From an uncultured delta proteobacterium (GTDB lineage Bacteria > Myxococcota_A > Polyangia > Polyangiales > Polyangiaceae): a stretch of DNA of 64,000 bases. Location of the stretch: NCBI GenBank assembly GCA_963696385.1, contig CAVOKF010000008.1:288001-352000 (forward strand), in the 5' to 3' direction. Below the pieces are notes generated by a model. That model ran no database searches. It was not told the origin of the DNA and worked only from the letters and a program-made list of their open reading frames with translations. The position numbers were made by a program, and so were the translations under genes. Shown piece after piece: positions 37,376-48,403 of this stretch (its first letter is position 1; every line of letters begins with the position of its first letter).

Positions 37376-38170
37376 TCAGTGCACGCTTCCGGCGGCGCGT
37401 CGATCGACCGGCGGACGTCGCTCCAAATGCTCGAGACAGACGGCTCGAACCGAGGCCGCGACCGCGGGCGAGTGGGCCACGAGCACGAGCTCCGGACGAA
37501 CGAGCAAACCGGCGATGCGCCCTGCAATCTCGGGCGGCGTCGCCGGATTGAGCGCGAGGGCCAACCGCACGCGAGGTCGATGCACCCAAGCCGACCTCGC
37601 GACCTCGGCGAGGACTTCGGCGCGCGCCGGACGCCTTGCGACGACGCGCACGACGTCGTCCTCGGTGATGCGAGGGTTGCGGAGACAGCAGCGGATGACG
37701 TCCGGGTGCGGATCCCGCAGAAGCCGTTCGATCATTTCACGGCTCGGACGGCGCGCGAGCCACTTGCGCTCGCCGAGCGTCAGGGGTCGGCCTCCGGTCT
37801 CTCGGGCAGCCGATGGTCCCTCGCCGGGACGACGAGCCAACGCCGATGGCGTAACGGATTCGGTGGCCCGCGGCGACAGCCGGATGAGCCGCTCGAGCGC
37901 CAGCAAGGCTTGTTCCAGCGCCTCACCGCGCAGCCGCTCGACAACGTCCTTCATGTCTTCGCCGTTCAGGGCGTCGACCACGGCCATGAGCACTTCGCGC
38001 GCGGTGGCGTCCGCTTGTTCCGCGCGCTCGCATAGAACATCGAGAGTCTGCGCCAGCGATCCGATCGGGTTCACGGCCGCGATGGTCGCGATGCTGCGAG
38101 CGCGCAGCCCCGGGTCGCGCAGCGACAGCGTCGCCCGCACCAGCGCGTCTGCGCGATCCCTCGGGCTCAT
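37376..38170 (-). CDS. Hypothetical alpha-helical (HEAT/LRV-like) repeat protein
   Basis: LLRDPHPDVIRCCLRNPRIT and LALNPATP; TAAGAT lies 7 nt before ATG 38170. Confidence 0.7.
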   Translation of the reverse strand: MSPRDRADALVRATLSLRDPGLRARSIATIAAVNPIGSLAQTLDVLCERAEQADATAREVLMAVVDALNGEDMKDVVERLRGEALEQALLALERLIRLSPRATESVTPSALARRPGEGPSAARETGGRPLTLGERKWLARRPSREMIERLLRDPHPDVIRCCLRNPRITEDDVVRVVARRPARAEVLAEVARSAWVHRPRVRLALALNPATPPEIAGRIAGLLVRPELVLVAHSPAVAASVRAVCLEHLERRPPVDRRAAGSVH

Positions 38171-38277
38171 CCGTACCATCTTACCGCAGACCGAGCCCCC
38201 GGCGGTCGCCTGCGGCCGAGCCTCGTCGTCAAACCGGTGCAAACCACTCGCGCAGCCCGGTGGTATGGTCGTGGCGC

Positions 38278-38595
38278 ATGCCGGAACCGCGGGACCCGCG
38301 CCACGACGAAGACGTCGACGTCGACGAACGTCGGAAGACCGCCATTCCGCGCAAGTACAAGGTCATCTTTCACAATGACGACTACACGACGATGGAATAC
38401 GTGGTCGAGGTCCTGCGCCGCTTTTTCCACAAGAACGAGACCGAGGCGTTGCACGTGATGCTCACCGTGCACAAACGAGGCAAGGCGGTCGCGGGCGTGT
38501 ACCCGCGGGACGTGGCAGAAACGAAAGTCGCCCAAGTGACGTCGGACGCGCGCGAACGCGGACACCCTCTTCTTTTGACGGCAGAGCCAGAGTGA
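38278..38595 (+). CDS. clpS: ClpS adaptor
   Basis: YKVIFHNDDYTTMEYVVEVL and MLTVHKRG motifs; directly upstream of clpA. Confidence 0.96.
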   Translation: MPEPRDPRHDEDVDVDERRKTAIPRKYKVIFHNDDYTTMEYVVEVLRRFFHKNETEALHVMLTVHKRGKAVAGVYPRDVAETKVAQVTSDARERGHPLLLTAEPE

Positions 38596-38607
38596 GAGCA
38601 AAAACGG

Positions 38608-40887
38608 ATGAGGATGAGCCCTGAAGTCGAGATTGCGCTGTCGGTTGCCGCGAACGATGCGGCGCGCCGCCGGCACGAGTACGTGACGATCGAGCACCTG
38701 CTTTACGCGCTGCTGCTCGACGAGACGACCGCTGCGATCGTGCGTCACTGCGGCGGGGATCCGGCCTCGGTCAAGAAGCGACTGGATCGCTACCTCACCG
38801 ATGAGCTCGAGAGCGTCGAAGAAACGAACGCCGAGGCGCCCAACCCGTCGCTCGGAGTGCATCGCACGATCCGCCGCGCCGTCAATCATGTCCGGTCGAG
38901 CGGCAAGGAAGAAGTGACGGGCGCCAACGTTCTCATCGCCATGTACGCCGAGCGGGATTCGTACGCCGTCAGGGCGCTCGAGGACGAGGGAGTCATGCGT
39001 CTCGACGTGACTTCCTATGTGGCGCACGGGGTTTCGAAGATCGATGAAGAGCAAGGGGGCGATGCCAGCAAGAGCGGCGGGGGTGCGGAAGCCGACGTCG
39101 AGGCCGCGCGCCCTGCCCGCGATGCGCTCAAGTCCTACACCGTCAACCTCAACGAAGAGGCTCGGACCTCCCGAATCGATCCGCTCATCGGCCGCGAGAA
39201 CGAGGTCACGCGCATCGTGCAGATCCTCGCCCGTCGCAAAAAAAACAACCCACTGCTCGTCGGCGACGCCGGCGTCGGCAAGACGGCCATCGCCGAAGGC
39301 CTCGCGCTGAAGATTCACCGTGGCGAGGTGCCGCCAGCGCTGCGTGGCGCGACGGTCTACGCGCTCGACATGGGCTCGCTCCTCGCCGGTACGCGCTATC
39401 GAGGCGACTTCGAGGAGCGCATCAAGGCCGTACTCAAAGCGCTGCAGAAGATCGACCATGCCATCCTCTTCATCGACGAGATTCACACCATCGTCGGCGC
39501 GGGGGCGACGACGGGCGGCAGCATGGACGCGAGCAATCTGCTCAAGCCCGCGCTGGCGAGCGGGCGACTCCGATGCCTCGGTTCGACCACATTCCAGGAG
39601 TTCCGACAGCACTTCGAGAAGGACCGAGCGCTCGCGCGCCGCTTCCAGCGCGTCGAAGTGGGCGAGCCGAGCGTCGAGGACACGGTGAAGATCCTCCATG
39701 GACTACGCAAGCAGTACGAGGAGTTTCACGGTGTGCACTACGCGGACGACACGTTGCGGGCCGCGGCGGAGCTCGGCGCGAAATACCTGCACGATCGGAA
39801 GTTGCCCGACAAGGCGATCGATCTGATCGACGAGACCGGAGCCGCAAAAAAGCTCGCGGCCCTGCCCGATTCGGGCGTGCCGCTCGTCGAGGTCACGGAC
39901 CTCGAACAAGTGCTCGCTCGCATGGCGCAGATCCCGCCCCGTGAGGTGTCGACGAGCGATCGCGAACGGCTCAAGAACCTCGATGCCGAGCTGAAGGCGG
40001 TCGTCTACGGGCAAGACGCGGCCATTGCGCAACTCGTCTCCGCCATCAAACTGTCCCGCGCGGGGCTGCGATCGGCCGAGAAGCCCATCGGATCGTTCTT
40101 ATTGACTGGACCTACCGGCGTCGGAAAGACGGAGGTCGCCAAGCAGCTCGCGAAGGTCATGGGCATCTCGTTTCATCGCTTCGACATGAGCGAGTACATG
40201 GAGGCGCACACCGTATCCCGTCTCATCGGCGCCCCCCCCGGCTACGTCGGTTTCGATCAAGGCGGCCTCCTGACCGACGCCATCGCGAAGACGCCTCACG
40301 CGGTGCTGCTGCTCGACGAGATCGAAAAGGCGCACCCTCAAATCTTCAATATCCTGCTTCAGGTCATGGACCACGGGCGACTGACCGACCACAACGGCAA
40401 GCAAACCGATTTCCGGCACGTCGTTTTGCTGATGACGAGCAACATCGGCGCGCGCGACCTGCAGCGGCGTGCGGTCGGCTTCGGCGGTCCGGGCGGAAGC
40501 GACCGGGACAAGCCGAGCGCCGACCGAGAATACAAGCAGCTGTTCAGTCCGGAATTTCGCAATCGCCTCGACGCGAAAATCGCGTTCGGTCCCCTCGATC
40601 CGACGGTGATGATCAGCATCGTCGGGAAGTTCATCCGCGAGCTCGCCGAACAACTCGCGGCGCGCGGAGTGACCCTCGACCTGACCGACGCCGCGACGCA
40701 AACCCTCGCCCGGGAGGGGTACGACCCCGACAACGGAGCCCGCCCGCTGGCGCGCGTCATTCAAGACCAAGTCAAGCAGCCTCTCGGCGACGAATTGCTC
40801 TTCGGAGCACTCGAGAAGGGCGGTCACGTCACGATCGACGCGGTGGATGGAAAGCTCACCTTCGTCTTCGGACCGAAGAAGGACTGA
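38608..40887 (+). CDS. clpA: ClpA ATP-binding subunit
   Basis: [10 protein letters not shown]; two AAA modules ([16 protein letters not shown]); [11 protein letters not shown]. Confidence 0.96.
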   Translation: MRMSPEVEIALSVAANDAARRRHEYVTIEHLLYALLLDETTAAIVRHCGGDPASVKKRLDRYLTDELESVEETNAEAPNPSLGVHRTIRRAVNHVRSSGKEEVTGANVLIAMYAERDSYAVRALEDEGVMRLDVTSYVAHGVSKIDEEQGGDASKSGGGAEADVEAARPARDALKSYTVNLNEEARTSRIDPLIGRENEVTRIVQILARRKKNNPLLVGDAGVGKTAIAEGLALKIHRGEVPPALRGATVYALDMGSLLAGTRYRGDFEERIKAVLKALQKIDHAILFIDEIHTIVGAGATTGGSMDASNLLKPALASGRLRCLGSTTFQEFRQHFEKDRALARRFQRVEVGEPSVEDTVKILHGLRKQYEEFHGVHYADDTLRAAAELGAKYLHDRKLPDKAIDLIDETGAAKKLAALPDSGVPLVEVTDLEQVLARMAQIPPREVSTSDRERLKNLDAELKAVVYGQDAAIAQLVSAIKLSRAGLRSAEKPIGSFLLTGPTGVGKTEVAKQLAKVMGISFHRFDMSEYMEAHTVSRLIGAPPGYVGFDQGGLLTDAIAKTPHAVLLLDEIEKAHPQIFNILLQVMDHGRLTDHNGKQTDFRHVVLLMTSNIGARDLQRRAVGFGGPGGSDRDKPSADREYKQLFSPEFRNRLDAKIAFGPLDPTVMISIVGKFIRELAEQLAARGVTLDLTDAATQTLAREGYDPDNGARPLARVIQDQVKQPLGDELLFGALEKGGHVTIDAVDGKLTFVFGPKKD

Positions 40888-40966
40888 GTCCGGAAAGCGC
40901 GGAGGCCACCCCCGTCGCAAAGAGAATGTCTTCTTGTCCTCGGCCGCATGCACTAGATCGCGGTCC

Positions 40967-41452
40967 ATGGACCCGCTCGTAAGCATCGTCATGGGCAGCA
41001 AAAGCGATCTCGACGTGATGCAAGCCTCGCGAGACACGCTGAAAGAACTCGGAATTGCGTACGAAACGCGCGTGCTCAGCGCCCACCGCACCCCGGACGC
41101 TCTGTTCGAATACGTCAAGGACGCGGCCGCACGCGGCGTGGAAGTGTTTATCGCCGGCGCGGGCGGAGCGGCCCACTTGCCGGGAGTCATCGCGGCGAAG
41201 ACGACGCTTCCCGTGCTGGGGGTACCCATCCCCTCGGGACATCTGCTCGGCCTCGACGCGCTGCTCGCCATCGTTCAAATGCCGAGGGGCATTCCGGTGG
41301 CGACGTTTGCCGTCGGCAAGATGGGGGCGGGAAATGCCGCGCTCTTTGCCGTCGCCATCCTCGCGGGCAAACGCCGGGAACTCGCGCAGCGGCTCGCGTC
41401 GTGGCGCACGGAACTGGCCGACAAGCTCCTGCGCGAATCCGTCATCGATTGA
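40967..41452 (+). CDS. purE: N5-CAIR mutase
   Basis: IVMGSKSD, SAHRTP, AAHLPG and VQMPRGIPVAT motifs. Confidence 0.97.
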   Translation: MDPLVSIVMGSKSDLDVMQASRDTLKELGIAYETRVLSAHRTPDALFEYVKDAAARGVEVFIAGAGGAAHLPGVIAAKTTLPVLGVPIPSGHLLGLDALLAIVQMPRGIPVATFAVGKMGAGNAALFAVAILAGKRRELAQRLASWRTELADKLLRESVID

Positions 41453-41479
41453 GAGGGTCCCTCCGCTGCCTCGCGGAGC

Positions 41480-41508
41480 TTGACGGAACGCCTGTTCAGT
41501 CCGACGCT
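41480..41508 (+). promoter_or_regulatory. Promoter overlapped by a putative LexA (SOS) box
   Basis: TTGACG -35 and GACGCT -10-like element. CGGAACGCCTGTTCAGT (41484-41500) matches 15 of 17 positions of the M. xanthus LexA consensus CTRHAMRYBYGTTCAGS as I recall it. Confidence 0.65.
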
Positions 41509-41514
41509 TGGCGT

Positions 41515-42546
41515 GTGCCCAGCCCTCTGCAACCACTGGCCAATCCCCCGAACCCCTGGGCGTCGACCGACGTCGAATACCTCGACGGCGCGAGGCCACT
41601 CGCGGAGCTCCAGGTCTACGAGGACAGGACGCGCAACGTCCTGGCGCACAACGACAGCCCCGACGTCGGGTTCGATTGGAGCGTGAACCCGTACCGAGGC
41701 TGTTTCCATGCGTGCGCGTACTGCTACGCGCGACCCTCGCATGAATATCTCAGTTTTGGCGCCGGCACGGACTTCGAGCGCAAGATCGTCGTGAAGACAC
41801 GCGCGCCCGAAATATTGCGCGAAGCCTTCGATCATTCCCGGTGGAAGGGCGAGGTCGTGGCCTTCAGCGGCGTCACCGACTGCTACCAACCGCTCGAGGC
41901 CAGCTACCGCTTGACGCGCCGCTGCCTCGAGGTGTGCGTCGAATACCGAAACCCGGCGACCATCGTCACCAAATCCGCGCTGATCGAGCGGGACATCGAC
42001 CTCTTGCAGGACATGAATCGTGTGGCTCAGGTCGGCGTGATGGTCAGCGTGCCCTTTTGGGACGAAACGAACGCTCGGGCCATCGAACCATTCGTGACGA
42101 CGCCCGCGCGCCGGGTTCGCACCATCGAGCGGCTCGCGAAGGCCGGCGTCCGCGTCGGCGTCATGGTGGCGCCGATCATCCCGGGATTGAACGACGAAGA
42201 CATCGCCAAGGTTCTGCGGGCCGCTCGCGACGCGGGCGCAACGCGCGCAGGCAAAGTCCTTCTGCGCTTGCCGGGGTCGGTCAAGGACGTGTTCGAAGAG
42301 CGGCTGCGCAACGCCCTGCCTCTGCGCGCCGAACGCGTGCTCGGGCGCATTCGCGAGACGCGTGGCGGCAAGCTGTACGATTCGCGCTTCGCTTTGCGCG
42401 GTCGCGGCGAAGGCGCGTACGCCGATGCCATCGCGACGCTGTTCGATCAAACGGCGCGCCAGCTCGGCTACGAGTCCGGCGAAGCGCCGGACGGCGAGGC
42501 GCCGACCCCGTTCCGGCGGCCCCGAGCGCAACTCGCGCTATTTTGA
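41515..42546 (+). CDS. PA0069-family (SPL-like) radical SAM protein
   Basis: NPYRGCFHACAYCYARPSHEYL, TDCYQP and APIIPGLND motifs; ends in QLALF. Confidence 0.9.
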   Translation: MPSPLQPLANPPNPWASTDVEYLDGARPLAELQVYEDRTRNVLAHNDSPDVGFDWSVNPYRGCFHACAYCYARPSHEYLSFGAGTDFERKIVVKTRAPEILREAFDHSRWKGEVVAFSGVTDCYQPLEASYRLTRRCLEVCVEYRNPATIVTKSALIERDIDLLQDMNRVAQVGVMVSVPFWDETNARAIEPFVTTPARRVRTIERLAKAGVRVGVMVAPIIPGLNDEDIAKVLRAARDAGATRAGKVLLRLPGSVKDVFEERLRNALPLRAERVLGRIRETRGGKLYDSRFALRGRGEGAYADAIATLFDQTARQLGYESGEAPDGEAPTPFRRPRAQLALF

Positions 42547-42594
42547 CACCGCTTCCAGCGAACACGGGACCCGGCGACCGGTACGGGAGGCCGT

Positions 42595-44667
42595 GTGCCC
42601 TTGCCACGCGGGCGTCGCCAGCCCGATGATGGCCCCGTGCGTGTGGAGAGGGTCCTCATCGTCGGCATCCTCTTGGCCACGGTGAGCGACGCGCAATCGG
42701 GCCTCGCCGGCGCGACCGAGGCGACGGTGGACCGTCCGACGGCCAACCCCCGAGCACCCGCTTTGGAGGTCCGCACGAGTGCAATCGCAAGCGGCCCCCG
42801 GCTCGACGATTCCGAGGTTCGGCAGCACGCCACCGAGGTCGCCGATTACACGATGCGGGCGACCCTCGATCCGGACGCACACACGGTTCATGGCGAGGGC
42901 ACGATTCGCTGGCGCAACGCGAGCACGCGGCCGGTCGGCGAGCTGTGGATCCATCTCTATCTCAACGCCTTCAAGAACGAGCATTCGGCGTTCTTGCGGG
43001 AACGGACCGGGGGACGCGGAAGCCGAAGTCCGGAAAGTTGGGGATTCATCGATCTGCGCCGGCTTTCGCTCGTCGACCGAACGGGTACGGAGGTCGATCT
43101 GCTGGCAGCCATCGAGATCCGGCGACCCGGCGACGACGACGAGACCGACGCGCGCGTGCCCCTTCCGCGCACGATCGGTCCGGGCGAGTGGATCGATCTC
43201 GAGGTGGCCTTCGACGACAAGTTGCCGAGCATCGTGGAGCGCACCGGCTACTACGGGCACTTTCACATGGTCGGCCAATGGTTTCCGAAAGTCGCTCGCC
43301 TCGAGCCGGATGGTTCATGGGCCCATTTCCCATTTCATCACCTATCGGAGTTCTTCGCCGACTTCGGGGTCTACGACGTCACGATCGACGTTCCGGCCGG
43401 CTACACCATCGGAGCGACCGGGCCGATCGTCGAGAGCCGCGTCGAACGCGGCCGCCGCATCGAGCGGCACCGGCAAGGCGACGTCCACGACTTCGCCTGG
43501 ACCGCATGGGACGCGTGGCAGAGCGTCTCCGATCGAATCGACGGGGTCGACGTTCGCGTCCTGTACCCGCCTGGCTTCACGGCCGTGGCCGAGCGCGACC
43601 TCGAGGCGATTCGTTTTGCGTTGCCCTACGACGCCGCCAACTACGGACGCTACCCCTACTCGGTGCTGACGGTCGTTCACACCGAAGACCAGGCGAGCGA
43701 GGCGGGCGGCATGGAGTACCCGACGCTCATCACGACCGAGAGCCCGTGGCTGACGCCCCCCGGGGTGTACGTCCCTGAAATCGTGACCGTCCACGAGCTC
43801 GGCCATCAGTGGTTTTACGGCCTGGTCGCCACGAACGAGGCTCGGTGGCCGTTTCTCGACGAGGGCATCAACCAGTATGCGGAAGCGGACACGATGGCCG
43901 AGTGGCGTGGGCAAGGATCGGCGGTGGACCTTTTGGGCCTCCGCGTCAGCGACATGGCGCTGCAAGCCGTCAGCGGCGAACGAGCCGTACACGATGAGCC
44001 GGTCGCCCAGGCGGCGGCGTCGTTTTCATCCGGAGCCAACTACGCGAGGCTCGTCTACTCGCGCACGGCCTCCGTCATCGAGACGTTCGCGCGAGTGTAC
44101 GGGCAGAGCGCGGTGCGGCGCGCGCTCGGGATCTACGCTCGCCGTTATCGTTTCGAGCACCCGGGACCGGAGCAGTTTCTAGCCGTCTTCGCCGAAGTGC
44201 TGGGTGCCGAGGTGGCCGCCACACTGCGCGCCGCGCTCTTCGACAGGGGCTGGGTCGACTTCGCCGCCGAGGGCGTCTGGTCGAGACGGGCTCAGTCCGC
44301 AGGCGGGGTCTGGGATCGAGAGGGCATTCGACTCACGTCGGCCGCACACGACGAAGACGGCTGGGAGGGCAGCGTCGTCGTGCGCCGCCGAGGCACTTTG
44401 GTCTTTCCCGTGGACATCGATTTGGTGATGGCCGACGGGACGAGGCGGCGCGAAACCTGGGACGGCAAGGGCGACTCGGTCGTCATCCCGTGGCGGGGAG
44501 CCTCGGCCCTTTGCGCAGCGGTCGTCGATCCGGACGAGCACGTGGTCATCGATGCCAACGTCGAGAACAATCGTGCGGCGGCTGCCGGCGAGGAGCACTT
44601 CGCTTCTCGGACGCTCGAACGGATCGCGTACTTCGCAGAAATCGCGATCCAGGCGATCTCGCCGTGA
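42595..44667 (+). CDS. Exported M1-family metalloaminopeptidase
   Basis: GGMEY and HELGH-x18-E (FLDEG) motifs. Start uncertain. Confidence 0.9.
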   Translation: MPLPRGRRQPDDGPVRVERVLIVGILLATVSDAQSGLAGATEATVDRPTANPRAPALEVRTSAIASGPRLDDSEVRQHATEVADYTMRATLDPDAHTVHGEGTIRWRNASTRPVGELWIHLYLNAFKNEHSAFLRERTGGRGSRSPESWGFIDLRRLSLVDRTGTEVDLLAAIEIRRPGDDDETDARVPLPRTIGPGEWIDLEVAFDDKLPSIVERTGYYGHFHMVGQWFPKVARLEPDGSWAHFPFHHLSEFFADFGVYDVTIDVPAGYTIGATGPIVESRVERGRRIERHRQGDVHDFAWTAWDAWQSVSDRIDGVDVRVLYPPGFTAVAERDLEAIRFALPYDAANYGRYPYSVLTVVHTEDQASEAGGMEYPTLITTESPWLTPPGVYVPEIVTVHELGHQWFYGLVATNEARWPFLDEGINQYAEADTMAEWRGQGSAVDLLGLRVSDMALQAVSGERAVHDEPVAQAAASFSSGANYARLVYSRTASVIETFARVYGQSAVRRALGIYARRYRFEHPGPEQFLAVFAEVLGAEVAATLRAALFDRGWVDFAAEGVWSRRAQSAGGVWDREGIRLTSAAHDEDGWEGSVVVRRRGTLVFPVDIDLVMADGTRRRETWDGKGDSVVIPWRGASALCAAVVDPDEHVVIDANVENNRAAAAGEEHFASRTLERIAYFAEIAIQAISP

Positions 44668-45560
44668 CCGAGGAGGTGGCCGACGCCGCGCGCGACGTCA
44701 TCCTGGCGCGCCGATGCCCTGGTTGGATTGCCGCTGTGTGGGCGTGGCAAGCGGCTTTGGCGCTACTCGTAGCCTGGCCCGCCGCGTCGATCGTCGGCAA
44801 GGCCTTCGGCTCGGACCCCCGGGGCGATGGGCCGCTCTGGGACGCAGGGGCGCACTCGCTGCTCGTCTTCCTGTCTCGAGACGCTCACGCGGTGAGCGGC
44901 GTATGGACGCTCGCGGCATTGGTGCTCGTCATCGCGGCGGTCGCTGGCCTGCTGCCGGCGGCGGCGATCATGCTGGCCATGTCCGAGGCCGCGCATCCCA
45001 GCCGGCGCCGATCGATCGCGCGCGTGGTGGCGGGCGCGTTCGCTGCCTTTCCGGCGCTCGGCGTCTTGCTCGTGGTCCTGGGGCTCGCGGAAACCGCCAC
45101 GGTCGCCGTCGCCTGGCTCGTGACCACGTGCATCGAAGCGGTCACCCACGACGTCGTGGGCGAGGCCAGGACCCACGTCCTCGAGATCGCCGCCGCATCC
45201 GCGTTCGCGCCGCTCGCCGCGGTCATCTGGATCGTCCACGACCTCGCGGGCGCGTCCGTCGTCCGCTTCCGCGTCGGCGCCGCATCGGCGATAGGGCTCG
45301 GTGCTCGGGCCTTCGCGCGCGCACCGTGGTCGCTCTGCTGGGCGTGGGGATGGCGCGCCGGACTGTCGTGGTTGGTGATCGTGCCCGCGTCCACCGTAGC
45401 CGACGCGGTGGCTGGACGCGGCGGGGCCGCACTGCTGCTGCTCGCTTGCACGCACCAATCGACTGTCGCCGTCCGCACGGCATTGCATGCCTCGTGGGCG
45501 GCAAGAGCGCTTCAGAACGCGAAGCGGTCGGTTTACGAGGGTGAGCGCGGGCCCCGGTAG
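44664..45560 (+). CDS. Hypothetical polytopic membrane protein
   Basis: GTGA overlap with the M1 stop; about 6 hydrophobic segments. Confidence 0.7.
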   Translation: MTEEVADAARDVILARRCPGWIAAVWAWQAALALLVAWPAASIVGKAFGSDPRGDGPLWDAGAHSLLVFLSRDAHAVSGVWTLAALVLVIAAVAGLLPAAAIMLAMSEAAHPSRRRSIARVVAGAFAAFPALGVLLVVLGLAETATVAVAWLVTTCIEAVTHDVVGEARTHVLEIAAASAFAPLAAVIWIVHDLAGASVVRFRVGAASAIGLGARAFARAPWSLCWAWGWRAGLSWLVIVPASTVADAVAGRGGAALLLLACTHQSTVAVRTALHASWAARALQNAKRSVYEGERGPR

Positions 45561-46987
45561 ACGTGGTCGTAGCGCCGGGCGGCGCCGTCCCAGCCCCGAT
45601 CGAGGCGCATGACGCGCCGCACCAGGGCGGGCCACCGGGCCAGCCCCCGCGCCGCCAGAGCTCGTTCGATGCCGCCCAAAAGCGCCTCCACGGTCGCATC
45701 CGAAAACAGGAATCCTGTGCCCGTCTCGAGCTTGGCATCGCAGTCGACAATCGTGTCGACGAGCCCGCCGGTCGCTCGGGCGACGGGGGGAGCGCCGTAA
45801 CGTTGAGCGTACATCTGGACCAGACCGCACGGCTCATGGCGGCTCGGAACGATCATCACGTCGGCCGCCGCGAAGATGCGGTGCGCAAGCGGCTCGCTGG
45901 CTGCGCGCGCCAGCACGACGCGACCCGCCGCCTTCGCCACGGCCGCCTCGATGCGGGCGACGATGCTCGGATCGCCGTCGCCCGCGACGACCAGTTGCGC
46001 GTCGGTGCCGCGCAGCAGCTTCGGCAGCGCGTCGACCACCAGGTCGACCCCCTTCTGATCGACGAACCGCCCGATGAACCCCAGGAGAGCCACGTCGGTG
46101 TCCACGGGCAAGCCGAGCTCTTTCTGCAGTGCGCCCTTCAATCGAACCTTGTTCGTGAAGTCTTCCGCGTCGTACCTCGCAACGAGGGCCGGGTCGGTGG
46201 CGGGGTTCCAGACCGCATAGTCGACGCCGTTGGTGATCCCCACCAGAGGATTGCGGCGCGCCCGAAGGGCGCCGTCGAGCCCCGCGCCGTGTTCGGGGGT
46301 CTGAATCTCGCACGCGTAGGTGGGGCTGACGGTCGTTAACGCATCGGCCGAATTGATGCCTTGCTTGAGAAAGTTGATGCGTCCGTAAAACTCGATTCCG
46401 TCGACGCGAAAGGCGTCCCAGCCGAGACCGATGGTGGGCAGCGTCTCCTTCGGGAAAATCCCCTGGTGAGCGATGTTGTGGATCGTGAGAACGGTACGAG
46501 TCGCGGCCGGCAGGTCCTCTGTGGAGCCGCGCAAGTACGTCGGCACGAGCGCGGTGGCCCAGTCGTGGCAATGAACGACGTCGAGGGATCGGCCCCCCGC
46601 CAGACGCTGGCGCAAAAGCTCGGCGACGGCGCGCGAGAACGCCGCGAATCGAAGGGCGTTGTCGGCATAGTCCTGGCCGTGGGCGCCGTAGACACCGCCG
46701 CGGTCGAAGAGTCCGGGCACGTCCACGACGACCAGGTCGACCTGCGAGGCAAGCCGGCCGTCGAGCACGGTCGCCTCGAAGGCGCGCTCGCCCAGCGTGA
46801 AGCGGAGCGGCGTGAGACGTCGGGCCAAGAGAAGACCGTGGGCTTCGAGCTCCGGAAACCGCGGAACGATCGTGGTGACCGAATGGCCCAGCGTGCGAAG
46901 TGCCTTCGGAAGCGCCGCCGAGACGTCTGCGAGGCCCCCCACCTTGACGAACGGAGCGAGCTCGGTCGTGACGAAGGCGATCTCCAT
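45533..46987 (-). CDS. glgA: Glycogen synthase
   Basis: KVGGLADV, HCHDW, TIHN, EPCGLVQM and TGGLVDT motifs. Confidence 0.95.
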   Translation of the reverse strand: MEIAFVTTELAPFVKVGGLADVSAALPKALRTLGHSVTTIVPRFPELEAHGLLLARRLTPLRFTLGERAFEATVLDGRLASQVDLVVVDVPGLFDRGGVYGAHGQDYADNALRFAAFSRAVAELLRQRLAGGRSLDVVHCHDWATALVPTYLRGSTEDLPAATRTVLTIHNIAHQGIFPKETLPTIGLGWDAFRVDGIEFYGRINFLKQGINSADALTTVSPTYACEIQTPEHGAGLDGALRARRNPLVGITNGVDYAVWNPATDPALVARYDAEDFTNKVRLKGALQKELGLPVDTDVALLGFIGRFVDQKGVDLVVDALPKLLRGTDAQLVVAGDGDPSIVARIEAAVAKAAGRVVLARAASEPLAHRIFAAADVMIVPSRHEPCGLVQMYAQRYGAPPVARATGGLVDTIVDCDAKLETGTGFLFSDATVEALLGGIERALAARGLARWPALVRRVMRLDRGWDGAARRYDHVYRGPRSPS

Positions 46988-47057
46988 GGGAACGCGCGCT
47001 TCTAGCACGGCTCGCGCTCGCCGCGCAGGCGCCGTTACGCCATGATGGCGTCGAGCC

Positions 47058-48134
47058 ATGTCCCGACTGCGAGCCTCCGATCACCTGTTCGCCCGCCCGG
47101 ACGACGTGGCGGAGGGATCGGTCGTAACAGCGCTGCGCGTGCCGCCGGAGGTGGCCGGCGGACGCCTCGACGTCTTCGTCCAGAGTCAGTTGCACCGAAC
47201 GAGCCGGACGCGGGCGCAGGCCATCGTCCGCGCCAGTGCCTACGACGACAGCGGCCGGCGCCTACGACCGAACGACCGCGTGCGGCCCGATCAACTCGTA
47301 CTGCTCTGGCGGGCGCCCTGGGACGAGACCCCGGTGCCGGTCGAACTGCCCACCCTCTTTGAGGACGAACACCTGTTGGCGGTGTTCAAACCGGCTCTTC
47401 TGCCGGTGCACCCGACGGCGAGGTACCACAAGAATACGCTCATCAAATTGCTGCAGGCCGCGCGCCCAGACTGCGGATTCCTGTCTTTGGGGCATCGTCT
47501 CGATCGGGAGACGAGCGGCGTCATCCTGATCTCCAAGAGTCGCGCGTGCGATCGGGCATTGAAAAAGCAACTCGAGTCCCGCGAAGGAATCGAAAAAACC
47601 TACGTTGCGTTGACCTGGGGCGTCCCCGACCGCGGCGACGGCGCGCGGGCATTTCGTTACGAACGACGGATCGAGCTCGATCCGACGCACCCGCTGCGCG
47701 TCAAGATGCGCGTGCGCGACGCGCCCGACGCACTGCTCGCCGTGACCCACGTCGAGGTGGCGGCGGTTCGACAGGCGACGTCCGGGCGGCGTTATGCGTG
47801 GGTACGCTGCGGGCTGGAAACCGGTCGGCAGCACCAGATCCGGGTGCACTTGGCGTCGCTCGGCGCCCCTGTGGTCGGAGACAAGCTCTACGGTCCGGAC
47901 GACCAGGCGTTCGCGCGTGCGGCCGACGGAGCCCTGACGAGCGACGATTTGAAACACCTGGAGATCGCGCGCCACGCGCTGCACGCCTCCCGTCTGGATC
48001 TCGTTCACCCGATGACGGGTGCGCGCCTCTCGATCGAGGCGCCATTGCCGGCGGACATGGCCGACTTCTGGGGGTCGCTCAAAGCCCCCGCGGAACTTTG
48101 TCGAGATCGAGCTGGTCGAGCGCCACACGAATGA
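47058..48134 (+). CDS. RluA/RluD-family pseudouridine synthase
   Basis: S4-like N-terminus; HRLDRETSG, TGRQHQIRVH and GDKLYG motifs. Confidence 0.94.
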   Translation: MSRLRASDHLFARPDDVAEGSVVTALRVPPEVAGGRLDVFVQSQLHRTSRTRAQAIVRASAYDDSGRRLRPNDRVRPDQLVLLWRAPWDETPVPVELPTLFEDEHLLAVFKPALLPVHPTARYHKNTLIKLLQAARPDCGFLSLGHRLDRETSGVILISKSRACDRALKKQLESREGIEKTYVALTWGVPDRGDGARAFRYERRIELDPTHPLRVKMRVRDAPDALLAVTHVEVAAVRQATSGRRYAWVRCGLETGRQHQIRVHLASLGAPVVGDKLYGPDDQAFARAADGALTSDDLKHLEIARHALHASRLDLVHPMTGARLSIEAPLPADMADFWGSLKAPAELCRDRAGRAPHE

Positions 48135-48384
48135 GAGCGCTTCGGCTCGCCTTCGTCACGCCGCGCGCCTTGAGCTCTTCGACCAGGGCATCGAGATGCT
48201 CCAGATCCCGGTTGTAGAGCGAAATGCAAATGACCTTGTAGTGAGCCGGCTTCGGCTCGGCCTTGCGCGACCGCGCGGCACGTGGCTCGGGGGCATAGAA
48301 CGCGCCCGAAAGGACGCCCTGCACTTCGTCCGCCTCGAGCACCCGCGCCGCGCCCAGCCCAGGTTCTTCTTCTCGCGCCGCCAT
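48079..48384 (-). CDS. Small ribbon-helix-helix-like protein, ParA partner
   Basis: Starts 19 nt after the parA stop. Strand KVICISLY followed by two helices (LEHLDALVEELK, SRSALIRVAL). Confidence 0.75.
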   Translation of the reverse strand: MAAREEEPGLGAARVLEADEVQGVLSGAFYAPEPRAARSRKAEPKPAHYKVICISLYNRDLEHLDALVEELKARGVTKASRSALIRVALDQLDLDKVPRGL

Positions 48385-48403
48385 CCTCGTCCTCGCTCTC
48401 CTG

